Shown here: one piece after another, positions 37,208-55,639 of the stretch
How positions within the stretch are numbered: position 1 is the first letter of the stretch
How the letters are laid out: each line of letters starts with the position of its first letter
Assembly (NCBI RefSeq): GCF_009914755.1
Contig: NC_060938.1
DNA from: the human T2T-CHM13v2.0 reference genome, Homo sapiens
Direction: 5' to 3' (one strand)
Length of the DNA: 64,000 bases
Made by a program: the position numbers and the translations under genes
Notes under the pieces: generated by a model
The model's database searches: none
The model's input: only the letters and a program-made list of their open reading frames with translations
Told to the model about the DNA's origin: nothing

Positions 37208-39071
37208 ATCATTACTATTTTCTCCCCTAATATTTTACTCTTGTCCATTATCACCTAATTAATCAGTATTTTTATTTTTTGGCAACTCAACTTTATCCAG
37301 TCTTTCTAAAAATTTCAATCTGTTTTTTGGAGAAATAAAAATCTCTCTTTTGTAATTCCATTGGTGTATATACTATTTAATACAATTATATAATTACAAT
37401 AAAAAACTATAACAGCATAAACAGGTTTGGGAACAAACACACCTGATTCTTGGTGAGCATGGAACTCAACTACTGGGAATAAACATGTGTGGGTTAATGA
37501 AAGACAGCCTACAGGCTGTGAGCACTCAGCATGCTGGGGCATTAGACAAAAGTTTATTATGTAAAGAATGGAGAGTTATGGCTAATCCAGAGGGCTATTT
37601 AGGTTTTAAAGAGCCCTTCTACTACACAGTAATTTATTTAGCCAATTTTCTAGGTTGAACATCTTAACAGTTTTTCTCCCACTCACTGTTGAAAGTAATG
37701 CAGCATTAAATATCTATGCAGATAATTCTTCAGCCACTTCCATAATTATTCCTAGAATTGGAACTACTGGGTAAAATTATATACATTTTGAAGACTTTAA
37801 ATAGCACTTTCAAATTTTTCCTCAGAAAGGTTTTCCTGAATTTTTAAGTATTTTAAAACACAATTTAAAATAATGAGAAACCTTTTAATAGGCAGTCTAA
37901 TTAAGCAACCAACTCCATTTTTCTGCATGTGGTAGGAATTTAAGTCTGATCCCTTTATCCTAAAACAATGACTTCACCTCTTCCAAGACATGGCAGAAAA
38001 ACACCTTCCTTTTGTTTTCTGTGGCAATAGCAACAGTTCCATGGATGGAATTTATTTTTCATCCAGTAATTCAACCCATTTTGTTTTAGGATGTGGCTAG
38101 GAAAAACTGAGCCAAATATGCAAGATTAAGGCAACTTGATTTTTATGCTGTGTGTACAGTTCTGCTTTGGGTTTGGCGGACACAAACAGTTTCCATGGTT
38201 TGGGAGTTTTTGTTGTAGCAACAAGTTCCTTGGGCAGCAGTCTGAAATGCAAGGTCCCTCTGCAAGGAACATTTTGAACTCTGAGAGTAAAAGGATCAGA
38301 TCAGGTGATATCTTGGATGGGTTCTCTGGAATGCCCATCCTAACCCAAGCTCAGGCCAAAAGTAAAACAGTCTTCAATTTCTCTGAAGACTTTTTCCATT
38401 GTTTGGAACTTCCCCGTAGGAGTATTCAACTTGCTAATGTCAACAGGGCTCGAATGGGACGCTGACAGAGGCACGTGACTGAGACTAATATGAAATCACT
38501 ATACTGTGATGAATTTAAAGAAACTGCTCTTCCCTGACCTCCTACCCATGTATTTGGGAAGAACAGGGGGTGCCCAAGACAGCCAGACTTGTTCATCCCA
38601 AGAGTGTCTGTCAGGGGAGATCATGGCACATGAGGATTGAGAATAGATATTGGAAAACAGGCCGTGGAGGGAGTGCTGAAGATAAGGTTGAAACACTTGG
38701 CCCAGCCAGGCCTCCTATCACAAGAGCTGGACAAACAGCCAGAGCCAAGGAACTGGGCCAAAACGAGGGAATCTGAGTAACCAGGAAAGCTGGTAGGCCA
38801 GTAATATGAGGTCTGGGCAAATTCAGTGGAGACTAGATAACACTGTCCCTGGGATTTTTGATATACTATTGGCAGATATCTGTGTGGATAAATTCTGTTC
38901 ATATAAAAAGGCTGGGATAAAAAGAATCATTATGGCCTTGAAGAGAATGCCTGCAAATGGCAGTAGGAAGGTTGGGGAGTTTATTTGAACTCCAGGTTTT
39001 AAAAGAGATGTGAGAGAACAAGAAGGTCAGAGAGACTATCTCTGGCCAGGCAGCTATTTCACAAACCTTTA

Positions 39072-39738
39072 TTATATGGTTTGGCTCTGTGTCCCCACCC
39101 AAATCTCATTCCCACGTGTTGTAGAGAGACCCAGTGGGAGATGATTGAATCATGGGGGAGGGTCTTTCCCTTGCTGTTCTCATGATAGTGAGTGGGCCTC
39201 ACAAGATCTGAAGGTTTTAAAAACGGGAGTTTCCCTGCAAAAGCCCTCTCTTTGCCTGCTGCCATCCACGTAAGATATGACTTGCTCCTCCTTGCCTTCT
39301 GCTATGATTGTGAGGCTTCCCCAGCCATGTGGAACTGTAAGTCCATTAAACCTCTTTCTTTTGTAAATTGCCCAGTCTTGGGTATATCTTTTTTTCTTTT
39401 CTTTTTTTTTTTTTTTGAGACGGAGTCTCACTCTGTCACCCAGGCTGGAGTGCGGTGGCATGATCTCGGCTCACTGTAAGCTCTGCCACCCGGGTTCACG
39501 CCATTCTCCTGCCTCAGCCTCTTGAGTAGCTGGGACTACAGGTGCCCACCACCATGCCCAGCTAATTTTTTGTATTTTTAGTAGAGATGGGGTTTCACCC
39601 TGTTAGCCAGGATGGTCTCGATCTCCTAACCTCATGATTCGTCCACCTCAGCCTCCCAAAGTGCTGGGATTACAGGCGTGAGCCACCGCGCCCAGCTAGG
39701 GTATATCTTTATCAGCAGTGTGAATACAGACTAATACA
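39072..39738 (+). mobile_element. THE1A/B MaLR solo LTR, split by an AluY
   Basis: 'tatggtttggctctgtgtccccacccaaatctcat' through 'cagactaataca'. Confidence 0.92.
39392..39697 (-). mobile_element. AluY within the THE1 LTR
   Basis: AluY diagnostics; TSD gggtatatcttt. Confidence 0.93.
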
Positions 39739-40098
39739 CCATAGGTAGGGGACGCAGGAAGGTTCCCAGAATCCCTCTTCAATCTCTCTCCCAAATGCTT
39801 ACGAAGGCTTGAAATTCTCCGGTAGAAATTCACTGTTTTGGAAAGTATATGATGCTTGATGGTATTTTCAAAATAAAAGATAAAAGTAGATATATAAACA
39901 TGTGTAAGATAAAACAAATAAAAATACCATCTACCTGGTTTAAGAAAAATAGTTCATCCTTTAAGTCCTCTGTAGGACTCTGTGGGCTCTTCCTCTTTCA
40001 GAGAAAATTGTTATCCTGATTTTTGTGTCAATCATTGCCTTGCCTTTCTTTAAGATTTTACCTTTTACATTTATTGACCTATAAAACATATTGTTTAG

Positions 40099-40461
<363 letters not shown>

Positions 40462-41532
40462 TTGCAACTTTTTAAAATCAATATTATGTATTAAGTTTCA
40501 TATGTGTTTTTACAAGTACCTGTAGTTCTCATTTTATTGTTATATAAAATTGTATTGAATGAATATGCCACAAACTTAAACTCCACAATTGATAAACTTT
40601 TGGATTTTTTTCAAGATTTTTGCTATAACTGAACAGTGCAGGTACAAATATTCTTGCGTGGGTCTTCTGGTACAAGTATTTCCATAGGAGAGAAGATGTG
40701 AAATTACAGGACTTGTGAATCTCCAAATTTATTAGAAAGTGCCAAATTATTTTCCAAAGTGGCTGCACCCATTGGAACTTCTACCAGTGGTGTCTAAGTG
40801 TTATGTACCACATGTACATGTTATACATGTCATCACTGATTCTTGTTATTTTTAGAATTTTTAATTTTTGCTTTTCTGGTAGGCTTGAAATACTATTGCA
40901 TTGTAGTTTTAATCTGCATTTTTCTTAACACTAATAAAATTGATCTTTTTACATTTATTGATGTATTTTCTCTTTTGGAATATGTTCAAGCTTTGACCAT
41001 TTTTCTTTCTGTTTTTGCTGAATTTATTTTTATATATTCTGAATATTAAAAGTATGTCAGTTGTATTTGTTGCAAATATTTTCTCCCAGTTGGTGACTTG
41101 TCTTTTTACTATATTTATGATGTCTTTCAATTTGTAGTACTTAATTTTAATATAGTTAAAATTTGCCAAATTTCTCAAATTTCTGTTTTATGGGTTGAGC
41201 TTTTAAGTCTTATTTTAAAATGTTTTCCTATGTAACAGTCATAAAGATATTCTTCTATTTTTTTCTCTAAAAATGTTAGTGTTGTTGGCATTCTCCCTCA
41301 AGTCTTTGATTCACCTAAGAATTGATCTTTATATAAGCCATAATGTGGAAATCCAATTTGATTTGTTTTCCTTATGGATAACCAATTGTTCCAGTACCAT
41401 GTTTTAAAAGTCCATCCCTTCTTTAGTATTCTGCAATGCTTTCTCTGCCACAAGCCACATGTATGCTTTCTATTCTGTTCTACCACTGACTCACACTCCA
41501 TTGTTTTAGTTGATATACTATATTAATAATTC

Positions 41533-43430
41533 TTTTTAAAAATTTTTATTTTAGGTTTGGCAGTACATGCAGGTTTGTTATGTAGGTAAACTCTTCTCAC
41601 CAGGATATGTTGTATAGATTATTTAATCACCCAGGTATTAAGCCTAGTATCCATTAGTTATTTTTTCTGCTCCTCTCCCTCCTTCCACCCTCCCCCAACA
41701 TGTAGGCCCCAGTGTCTGTTGTTCTCTTCTTTGTGTCTATGAGTTCTCATCATTTAGCTCCCACTTACAAGTGAGAACATGCGGTATTCGGTTTTCTGTC
41801 CCTGCCTTCGTTTGCTAAGGATAATAGCTTCCAGCTTCATCCATGTTTCCGCAAAAGACATGATCTCACTCTTTTTTATGGTGGTATAGTATTCCATGGT
41901 ATATATATACCACATTTTCTTTATTCAATCTGTCATTGATGGGCATTTAGGTTGATTCCATATCTTTGCTTTTGTGAATAGTGCTGCAATGAACACTTGT
42001 GCGCATGTGTCTTTATGGTAGAATGATTTATATTCTTCTGGGTATATTCCAAGAAATGGGATTTCTGGGTCTAATGGTAGTTTTGTTTTTTGCCCTTTAA
42101 GGAATTGCCATGCTACTTTCCACAATGGTTAAACTAATTTATACTTTCATCAACTGTGTATAAGTGTTCCCTTTTCTCCAGCATCTGTTATTCTCCAGCA
42201 TCTGTTATTCCAGCATCTGTAAGTTCACCAGCATCTGTTATTTTCTGACTTTTAATAATAGCCATTTTGACTGGTGTGAGATGGTATCTCACTGTGATTT
42301 TGATTTGCATTTCTCTAATGATCAGTGACTTGAGTTTTTTTTTTCAAATGTTTGTTTACCGCATGTATGTCTTCTTTTGAAATGTGTCAGTTCACGTCCT
42401 CTGCCCACTTTTTAATGGGGTTATTTGTTTTCTCTTGTATATTTGTTTTCTCTTGTATATTTGTTTAAATTCCTTATAGATGCTGGATGTTAGACCTTTT
42501 CCAGATGCATGGTTTGCAAATATTTTCTCCCATTCTGTAGGTTGTCTGTTTACTCTGTTGATCGTTTCTTTTGCTGTGCAGAAGCTCTTTAGTTTAATTA
42601 GATCCCTCTTGTCAATTCTTGCTTTTGTTGTGATTGTTTTTGGTGTCTTTGTTATAAAATCTCTGCCTGTTCCTATGACCAGGATGGTATTGCCTAGGTT
42701 GTCTTCCAGGGTTTTTACAGTTTTGGGTTTTACATATAAGTCTTTAATCTATCTTGAGTAGATTTTTGTATATGGTGTAAGGAAGAGGGCTGGTTTCAAT
42801 CTTCTGCATATGGCTAGTCAGTTATCCCAGCATCATTTATTTAATAGGGAATCCTTTCCCCATTGCTTGTTTTTGTCAAGTTTGTCAAAGAGATGGTCAT
42901 AGGTGAGCGGTCTTATTTTTAGGCTATTCTGTTCCACTGGTCTATATCCCTGTTTTTGTACCAGTACCATGATGTTTTGGTTACTGTAGCCCTGTAGTAT
43001 AGTTTGATGTTGGGTAATATGATACCTTCAGCTTTGTTCTTTTTGCTTAGGATTACCTTGGCTATTCATGCTCTTTTTTGGTTCCTTAAGAATTTTTAGT
43101 TTTTTTTTAGTTCTGTGAAGAATGTTATTGGTAATGATAGGAATAGCATTGAACCTGTAAATTGCTGTGGGCAATATGGCCATTTTAATGATATTGATTC
43201 TTCCTAGCCATGAGCATGCGATGTTTTCTATTTGTTTATGTGTTTTCTGATTTCTTTGAACAGTATTTTGTAATTCTCATTGTAGAGGTCTTTCACCTCC
43301 CTGGTTAGCTGTATTCCTAGGTATTTTAGTCATTTTGTGGCAATTGTGAGTGGGATTGCCTGCCTGATTTGGCTCTCAGCTTGGGTGTTGTTGGTATATA
43401 AAAATGCTAGTGATTTTTGTACATTGATTG
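41533..43430 (-). mobile_element. L1PA13-16-type 3' 1.9-kb fragment
   Basis: 3'UTR 'tacatgcaggtttgttatgtaggtaaact'; contiguous ORF2 3' sequence to ~43430. Confidence 0.9.
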
Positions 43431-44918
43431 TTATACTAATTAGATCCTCCACCCCAGCCTAATTATTCTTCAAGATTATCCTCACTACTTCCATATGCAT
43501 TTGTAAACCAAGCTTGTCCAAATATATACATAACCACATGCATACAAAAGGCAGTCTTTCAAATAATGCTTTGTCATTTTCTCTATGAAGGCCTTGTGCA
43601 TCTTGTTAGATATATTGCTTTATATTTTTAATGCTATTATAAATAATATTGTTTAAAATCTCATTTTAGAACACCTTGTTGTTGGTGTTAAAAAATGCAA
43701 GTGATATTTACATATAGATTTTTGTATCAGACAAACTTGATAAACTGTTACTAGTTCTAATTATTTATTTGAGCGTTCATTGAAACTTTCCACATGGATA
43801 GTTATATTAACTGCAATTAATGTGAATTTTTTTCTAAGTTTCCACATTTCCTAGGACTGACTAGAACCTCTGATAATAAGGAAAATGTATAATATAATTT
43901 ACCATGTAGTATTATTTTTTTTAAATGTTAAAGTAATTGTGATTGTAACATCCATTTTATTTATTATTGTATTTGATTAGCTCATATTTTGTTTGGATTT
44001 TGCATCTGTGTTCAACAGTAAGATTGGCATGTAATATTCTTTTTTCATATTGTCCTTGCAAAGTTGGAATATCAAGGTAATGCTAACCTCATAAAATGAA
44101 ATGGAAGGTATTCCTCTTTTTCAATATTCTGGAATAGTTTGTGTAATTAGAATTATTTTTTCTTGAATGTTTGGTAATTTTTGTTAGTGAAGCCATCCAA
44201 ATATTGGCTTCACTAACAAATATTACCAAACATTCAAAATTGGTGAAAAATAAAATTTCACCAGTTTTATTTGTGAAATTTAATTTTTTTCATGGGTATA
44301 GAATCATTTAACTTTTCTGTTTCTTCTTGGGTCCATTTTGGTAATATACATTAAAAAAGGAATTTGTCAATTTTTTCTTTTCTCATATGAATATTTATTA
44401 CTGCTTTCTATATTTGGCAAGTAGACTTAAAAAATTCAGTTTAAAATATTTTTCTAATTTTCATTTTGATTTGTTCTTTGACCTATAAATAATTTAGAAG
44501 TGTTTCTTAATTTCCAAACATGAGGATGTCATCTCATTATGATTGTATTATTGATTTCTAACTTAATTGCCTGATTAGCAGAGAACATGAGATGTTCTTT
44601 ATGGTTCATTTAATTTGGGTAATTATCATAAATGCTTTATATATGCTTTGGCAGTTTGTGTATTTCAGTGAATTTTTCTACTGAATTATCTTAGTTCTCA
44701 AATTTATGGGCATAAACTCTATAGCATTCCTTTATTGTTCTTTAGGTAGAAGACTATGGCTGCTTTTAATGCTTTCTTTTCAATCTTTAGTGTTCTGGAA
44801 TTTGACTAGGTTGTCTTAATCTATGGACATTTTAAAACTTATTTTAACTGGGATTTATAGAGCATTCTGAGTCTTCACATTGCTGTCTTTTATTAGTATT
44901 GGAAAATTCTCAGCTATT

Positions 44919-45092
44919 CTTTTTTTTTTTTTTACAAATACAATATCACTCTGTTGCCCAGGCTGGAGTGCAGTGGTACAGTCATGACCCACTGCAGCCT
45001 CTACCTCCTCCTAAGCTCGGGTGATCCTCTCACCTCAGCACCCCTAGTAGCTGGGACTACAGACATGCGCCACCACACCTGGCTAATTTTAT
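44919..45092 (-). mobile_element. AluJ half / FRAM-like monomer
   Basis: PolyT, 'cactctgttgcccaggctggagtgcagtgg', ends at 'ggctaatttt'. Confidence 0.85.
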
Positions 45093-46339
45093 TAATTCTT
45101 TAATATTGTTTTCTCCTTATTTTCTCTCAACTCCTTACTGTCCTTCAGGAATACTGCTTGAATTTATGTTAACATATACCATAGTCTATATTACATAACT
45201 CTTAACTTCTCTTTTGAAATTTCTGTGTATTTATTTCTATATGTTGTATTCTGGATAATTTCTTCTGATCTCTCTTCCAGCTTGCTAATGCTCTTTTCAA
45301 CTCTGTCAAATCAACTTTTCAGATAGGCTTAGTCATTTTTGTAGTCTCTTGCCTTTTACTCATATTACAATCCCTTTATAGCCTCTTCTTCATAATCGTT
45401 TTACTCTCCTGCTCATATTTTTGAGGTTATCTTTTATTTCTTTAAACATGTAAAGTATTTTCTATTGTGTGTCCAATAATTTTAATATCTATATATTGTG
45501 TGTCTAATTTTCAGTTCTTTATTTTTCTGCTTCCTTTAATGGAAGCTTGTTTTCTGGCATTTGGGGAGTTTTTAATATGAGCTCCTATTTTGAAAAGTTT
45601 ATCTTTGGCAATTTTTTGCACAAGGATCCAAATGGTTTTCATCAGAGAGAATTGATTTCCTCAGGTTCCTGGGCTACTACAAACTTCGAACACTTTAAAG
45701 TAAAAATTCACCTTGAGGATTTTTGGATATCCTAGGTAGCGTGAAGGTATACAAAATCTATAATAGCTTTTGGCTAAGAATACTCGACAGGGACTTTTTC
45801 TCCTTCTCACCATCCCACAGTTTGAGAGAGACAGTTTTTCTCACATTTCACAGGGATGGGGGCAGGTTTATTTTTAGTCTACTCCTTACCTGAGCATGAA
45901 CCTCTTGTAAGCATTCATGGGGGTCTCCTATTAGCCTTCTGACCCTCTGTGTGCAGATCTGTGCTTCTTCTTCCTCCAATCCTTCGCGATAGGAAAACCA
46001 ATGCTCAGTTTCACCTGAGTTGACAAATCCCTCAGAGCAAAAGCCAGCCTAAGTGCTCGACTTACTCTTCAAGACTCTTGTTTTAAATTAAGTTTTTTGC
46101 TTTTTTTTTTTTTTTTTTTGCCTCAGAGAATGTCTTGTTTTCTGGATAGCTCATCAACTATTCTAAAAAGATGCTGAAAGGTCTTTCATTCAGGATTTTT
46201 AGTTGTTTCCAGCAGTAGAATTGGTCAAGGTCTCTAGCCCACCATTGAGAAGTGGATATCATCTTTACTCCTCTAACTTCAGGCTTTAATTCTTGTTAAA
46301 ATGCAAATGCCCATGCTTAAAAGCATGTTAAGGCAGTAT

Positions 46340-46647
46340 TTCTTTTATTTCCTTATTTATTGTTATTATTTTTTGACACAGCGTCTCACTCTATCACCCA
46401 GGTTGGGGTGCAGTGGTACAATTTTGGATCACTGTAGCCTCAACCTCCCAGACTCAATTGATCCTCCCACCTCAGTATCCTGAGTAGCTGGGACCACAGG
46501 CACACACCATCATGCCCTGCTCATTTTTGTATTTTTCTTAGAAATAAGGCTTTGCCATGTTGCCCAGGACTCCTTGGCTCAAGTGATCCATGCACGCCAG
46601 GCTTCCAAAGTGCTGGGATTACAGGTGTGAGCCACCACGCCCGGCCC
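46340..46647 (-). mobile_element. AluJ
   Basis: 'cactgtagcctcaacctcc', 'gctgggaccacagg', 'gctcaagtgatcc'. Confidence 0.9.
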
Positions 46648-47749
46648 AACGCAGTATGTTTCACAGTGCCATCTTAGACCATCTCCTTGAAAATCATCTG
46701 GCATCCTTGCTAAAATGCTGATCACAGGTCATATCTCAAACTTCTTGAATGTAAATCTTGGGATGGAAGAAGAGAGAATTATTACTCAGTGTTTCAATGG
46801 AGAACTACTTTGTTATGTTGCTATCTGTCTTATGCTTTTGTACAAATTAGTTTCAGATCTTTTTCTGAAACAAATTATCCCAACAAAAAAGCTTAGGAAT
46901 ATTTGGTATTTGGAGGAAAAAGTCTTCCCAAAATTGGCATTAAAAAAGTGGCTTTTCTCTGTAAAGAATCTAGCATTTGCTGATTCCGTGTCCCTGACCA
47001 CTACAGTGTGAGTACTGCCTCCTGTTTTCACCTGTATCTATAGGTTATTTAGTCTCAAAACCAGGAGTCAACTTGTTTTACTGAATTTTCTTCAGATTGC
47101 CCAAGGAATTGTAAAGGAGGCTCATTTTTCTGTCATACCTATGGAGAAACCATGGATCCTCAAAAAATGCTTACTTTCTTCTAGAAGGAAAAATAAACCT
47201 TTAAACTTTCATGTAAAAGTATGTTTGAACATAACTCCAATTATTCTCTTAGGAGAAGTTCTTTGAAATGGATTTACTAAGTCAAAAGCCATGCATATTT
47301 TAAGACTACCTGTCCCTTAATAAAAATAGCTTTATTATCCTGATTATTTAAAAAAGCAGCACATGTTCAAGGTCAGATATGTGAAAATACTTTAGAAACA
47401 TTTTAGAATAAATTAAAATTACCCCAAATCTACCACCCAAAGAAAACCATGGTCAAACACGTTCATACATTATATGTCTTGTCAGGCCTTTTTCTCATGC
47501 ATAAATACTTTTTTATGTTCCAAAAAACAGAATTATTTTGTACATGCTCTTTTGTAGTCTGATTTGTTATTAACATTTATATCGTGGCTCTTTCTATATC
47601 TGTGTGTAATGTAATGTCTATGTGTAAATGTGAATTTTAGAAAACTGAACAGTATTTTGTTGGTGGTATACACTGTGTGCTCAGCATCTAGCAGAACATC
47701 TGATACTATTAATAGTAGGTTCTTTGTTTATTCATTTAACACATATTTC

Positions 47750-48440
47750 TGACCCCTCCTGCTGTGCCTGTAACTCCCCGCAGTTAGTTAACCCCTGTCT
47801 TTGTAGAAACGGCAGGCATTAGGCATTTATGTTTTATACCATGTGTTCCCTCCTATCCTCAGTCATTGTCTGTTGGATGAAGGGTAAGAAGAGGCCCCAA
47901 AGCAGCCACTCCACAGGCTGGCTAATGACCTAACGAGTGGTCTCATAAGCAAAGGCTGAGCTAGCTAATACAATTCAATTTCTTAAGAATTTGAATTCAG
48001 AAATGCTTAAGAGGGAGTTGGCAGCAAGAGCAGAACTGAAAAGTCATGTAACAATGCAAGACTGGAGAGGTTATAACGAACCAAATTTAGGGGAATATTC
48101 ACCAAAAAAGCAGAAACTGGGAAGTAAGGACAAGACATGGAGGGGGAAGGAGATAACTGGTGGGGTGCAGAAAGAGGCAGTCGGTGGAGGGGAGCTGAGT
48201 CAGTTCATGCTTGAGCACTAAGCAAAATCCACACTCTCAGGCTGCTGGTCTCTCCCTTGGGGAACCTCCCCCTTACATTGGGGGCAGCCCACTTGTAACC
48301 ATTGCTTTATTATTAGATTTCTGTTATATTCGATTTCCCTAACTCCACTTATCATTACAATTGCATGCATCAATCTATGCACCCATGGTTTGATAATTTG
48401 AATGAGTCTCTGTTCTCTGAAGCCTAAAGAATATAAATAG
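47750..48440. mobile_element. Possible old ERVL-type LTR remnant
   Basis: 'ctgagctagctaatacaattcaatttcttaagaatttgaattc' resembles LTR33/16/40-type motifs; weak. Confidence 0.3.
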
Positions 48441-48489
48441 CACAATTGTTTTGATTTAGAACCAGGAGTTAATTAAGAGGGTGGATTTT

Positions 48490-49070
48490 TGGTTTTAAGT
48501 TTATAATTGGTTTGTGTGTATGTATGGAAATTTTTTGTTTAAATATCTTATTTCTAATTTCATAACAATATGATTAGGAAGGGTAACCTGTACAATTTGT
48601 GCTTTTTGGAATATGAGGTTTCCTTTGTGGCTGAGAATAGTATGCATTTTTACACATGCTAAAAGGAAAGCATGCTCAATTTGAAGGTATAACATTTTAA
48701 ATTAACTTTATTAAATATATCATTGAAATACTATAAATCTTTATTTTTGGCTTCTTAATCTATCAGGATCTAAAAAGTAGTCTGTTAAAGTCTTCACTAT
48801 TGTACTGTCTCTATCTTATTTCCTTTGCTTCCAGTTGGCACGTTAATGTAGTTTGATGTAATTTATTCCTTAAGTCTTTTTTCTACTTAACATCTATTGC
48901 TTTCACACTTTTTGTCGGAGGCTAACATGGCCACTCTGCTTTCTTTTTAAATATATATTTTTGATATATCTTTAGTCATCCTTGTATTTTTAACTGTTCT
49001 GCATTACATTTTTTGTTCAAGTGTGTCTCTTGGTGAAAGTATAGCGATTCTGTGGATAATTTTGTTTGGA
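48490..49070 (-). mobile_element. Old L1ME fragment
   Basis: 'tgttaaagtcttcactattg', 'ccactctgctttcttt', 'gtgtgtctcttg'. Confidence 0.65.
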
Positions 49071-49328
49071 CTGTCATTCGAGAAAAATGACGTGATGAAT
49101 CTCAATCATTTTAGAAGATTTATTTGCCACAAAGTTAATGATGCGCCCAGGAGACAGGTCTATGCCTTTCTCTGAAGATGATTTTGAGAGCTCCAAATAT
49201 AAAGAGGAAAGGGTGGGATATTGAGAAGTACACAATTTTCATGTAAGAGAGGGGGAGGGAAAAACAGTCATTCATGCTTTTGTCTGGCTCAGTGAATCTG
49301 CATTTTTTTACATAAGATAACACGGACA

Positions 49329-50097
<769 letters not shown>

Positions 50098-50134
50098 TGA
50101 TGTTCCCCACCCTGTGTCCAAGTGTTCTCATTGT

Positions 50135-53951
<3,817 letters not shown>

Positions 53952-54014
53952 TATGATGTTAGCTGGTTATTTTGCCTGTTAGTTGATGCAGTTTCTTCCT
54001 AGCATCAGTGGTCT

Positions 54015-55038
54015 TTACAATTTGGCATGTTTTTGCAGTGGCTGGTACCGGTTGTTCCTTTCCATGTTTAGTGCTTCCTCAGGAGCTCTTTTAGGGCAGG
54101 CGTGGTGGTGACAAAATCTCTCAGCATTTGCTTGTCTGTAAAGGATTTTAGTTCTCCTTCACTTATGAAGCTTAGTTTGGCTGGATATGCAGTTCTGGGT
54201 TGAAAATTCTTTTCTTTAAGAATGTTGAATATTGGCCCCCACTCTCTTCTGGCTTGTAGAGTTTCTGCCGAGAGATCCGCTGTTAATCTGATGGGCTTCC
54301 CTTTGTGGGTAACCCAACCTTTCTCTCTGGCTGCCCTTAACATTTTTTCCTTCATTTCACCTGGGTGAATCTGACAATTATGTGTCTTGGGGTTGCTCTT
54401 CTCAAGGAGTATCTTTGTGGTGTTCTCTGTATTTCCTGAATTTGAATGTTGGCCTGTCTTGCTAGGTAGGGGAAGTTCTCCTGGATAACATCCTGAAGAG
54501 TGTTTTCCAACTTGGTTCCATTCTCCCTGTCGCTTTCAGGTAAACCAATCAAACCTAGATTTGGTCTTTTCACATAGTCCCATATTTCTTGGAGGCTTTG
54601 TTCATTTTTTTTTACTCTTTTTTCTCTAACCTTGTCTTCTCACTTTATTTCATTAATTTGATCTTCAGTCACTGATACCCTTTCTTCCACTTGATTGAAT
54701 CAGCTGTTGAAGCTTGTGCATGTGTCATGTAGTTCTTGTGCCACGGTTTTCGGCTCCATCAGGTCATTTAAGGTCTTCTCTACACTGTTTATTCTAGTTA
54801 GCCATTCATCTAATCTTTTTTCAAGGTTTTTAGCTTCCTTGTGATGGGTTCAAACATCCTCCTTTAGCTCGGAGAAGTTTGTTATTACCAGCCTTCTGAA
54901 GCCTACTCCTGTCAGCTTGTCAAAATCATTCTCCATCCAGCTTTGTTCCATTGCTGGTGAGGAGCTGCAATCCTTTGGAGGAGAAGAGGCTCTCTGGTTT
55001 TTAGAATTTTCAGCTTTTCTGCTCTGGTTTCTCCCCAT
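54015..55038 (-). pseudogene. L1 ORF1, disrupted
   Basis: MGRNQSRKAENSKNQ start at 55038, premature stop at 54850; KRPNL...RHIIVRF and KGKPIRLTADLSAETLQARREWG fragments. Confidence 0.95.
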
Positions 55039-55639
55039 CTTTGTGGTTTTATCTACCTTTGGTCTTTGATGTTGGTGACCATCATCATGGGGTTTTGGTG
55101 TGGATGTCCTTTTTGCTGATGTTGATGCTGTTCCTTTCCGTTTGTTAGTTTTCCTTCCAACACTCAGGTCCCTCAGCTGCAGGTCTGTTGGAGTTTCCTG
55201 GAAGTCTACTCCAGACCCTATTTGCCTGGGTATCACCAGTAGAGGCTGCAGAACAGCAAATATTGCAGAACAGCAAGTATTGCTGCCTGATCCTTCCTCT
55301 GGAAGCTTCATCCCAGAGGGGCACCTGCCTGTATGAGGTGTCAGTCGGCCCCTACTGGGAGGTCTCTCCCAGTTAGGCTACACGGGGGTCACGGACCCAC
55401 TTGAGGAAGCAGTCTGTCCATTCTCTGAGCTCAAACACTGTGCTGAGAGAACCAATGCTCTCTTCAGAGCTGTCAGACAGGGACGTTTAAGTCTGGAGAA
55501 GCTTCTGTTGCCTTTTATTCAGCTATGCCCTGCTCCCAGTGGCAGAGACTACAGAGGCAGCTGGCCTTGCTGAGCTGTGGTGGGGTCCACCCAGTTTGAG
55601 CTTCCATGGCCACTTTGTTTACCTACTTAAGCCTCAGCA

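Noticed and set aside
38500-39070. Possible ancient Gypsy/ERVL LTR remnant
   Set aside because: No diagnostic motif I can assign with confidence.
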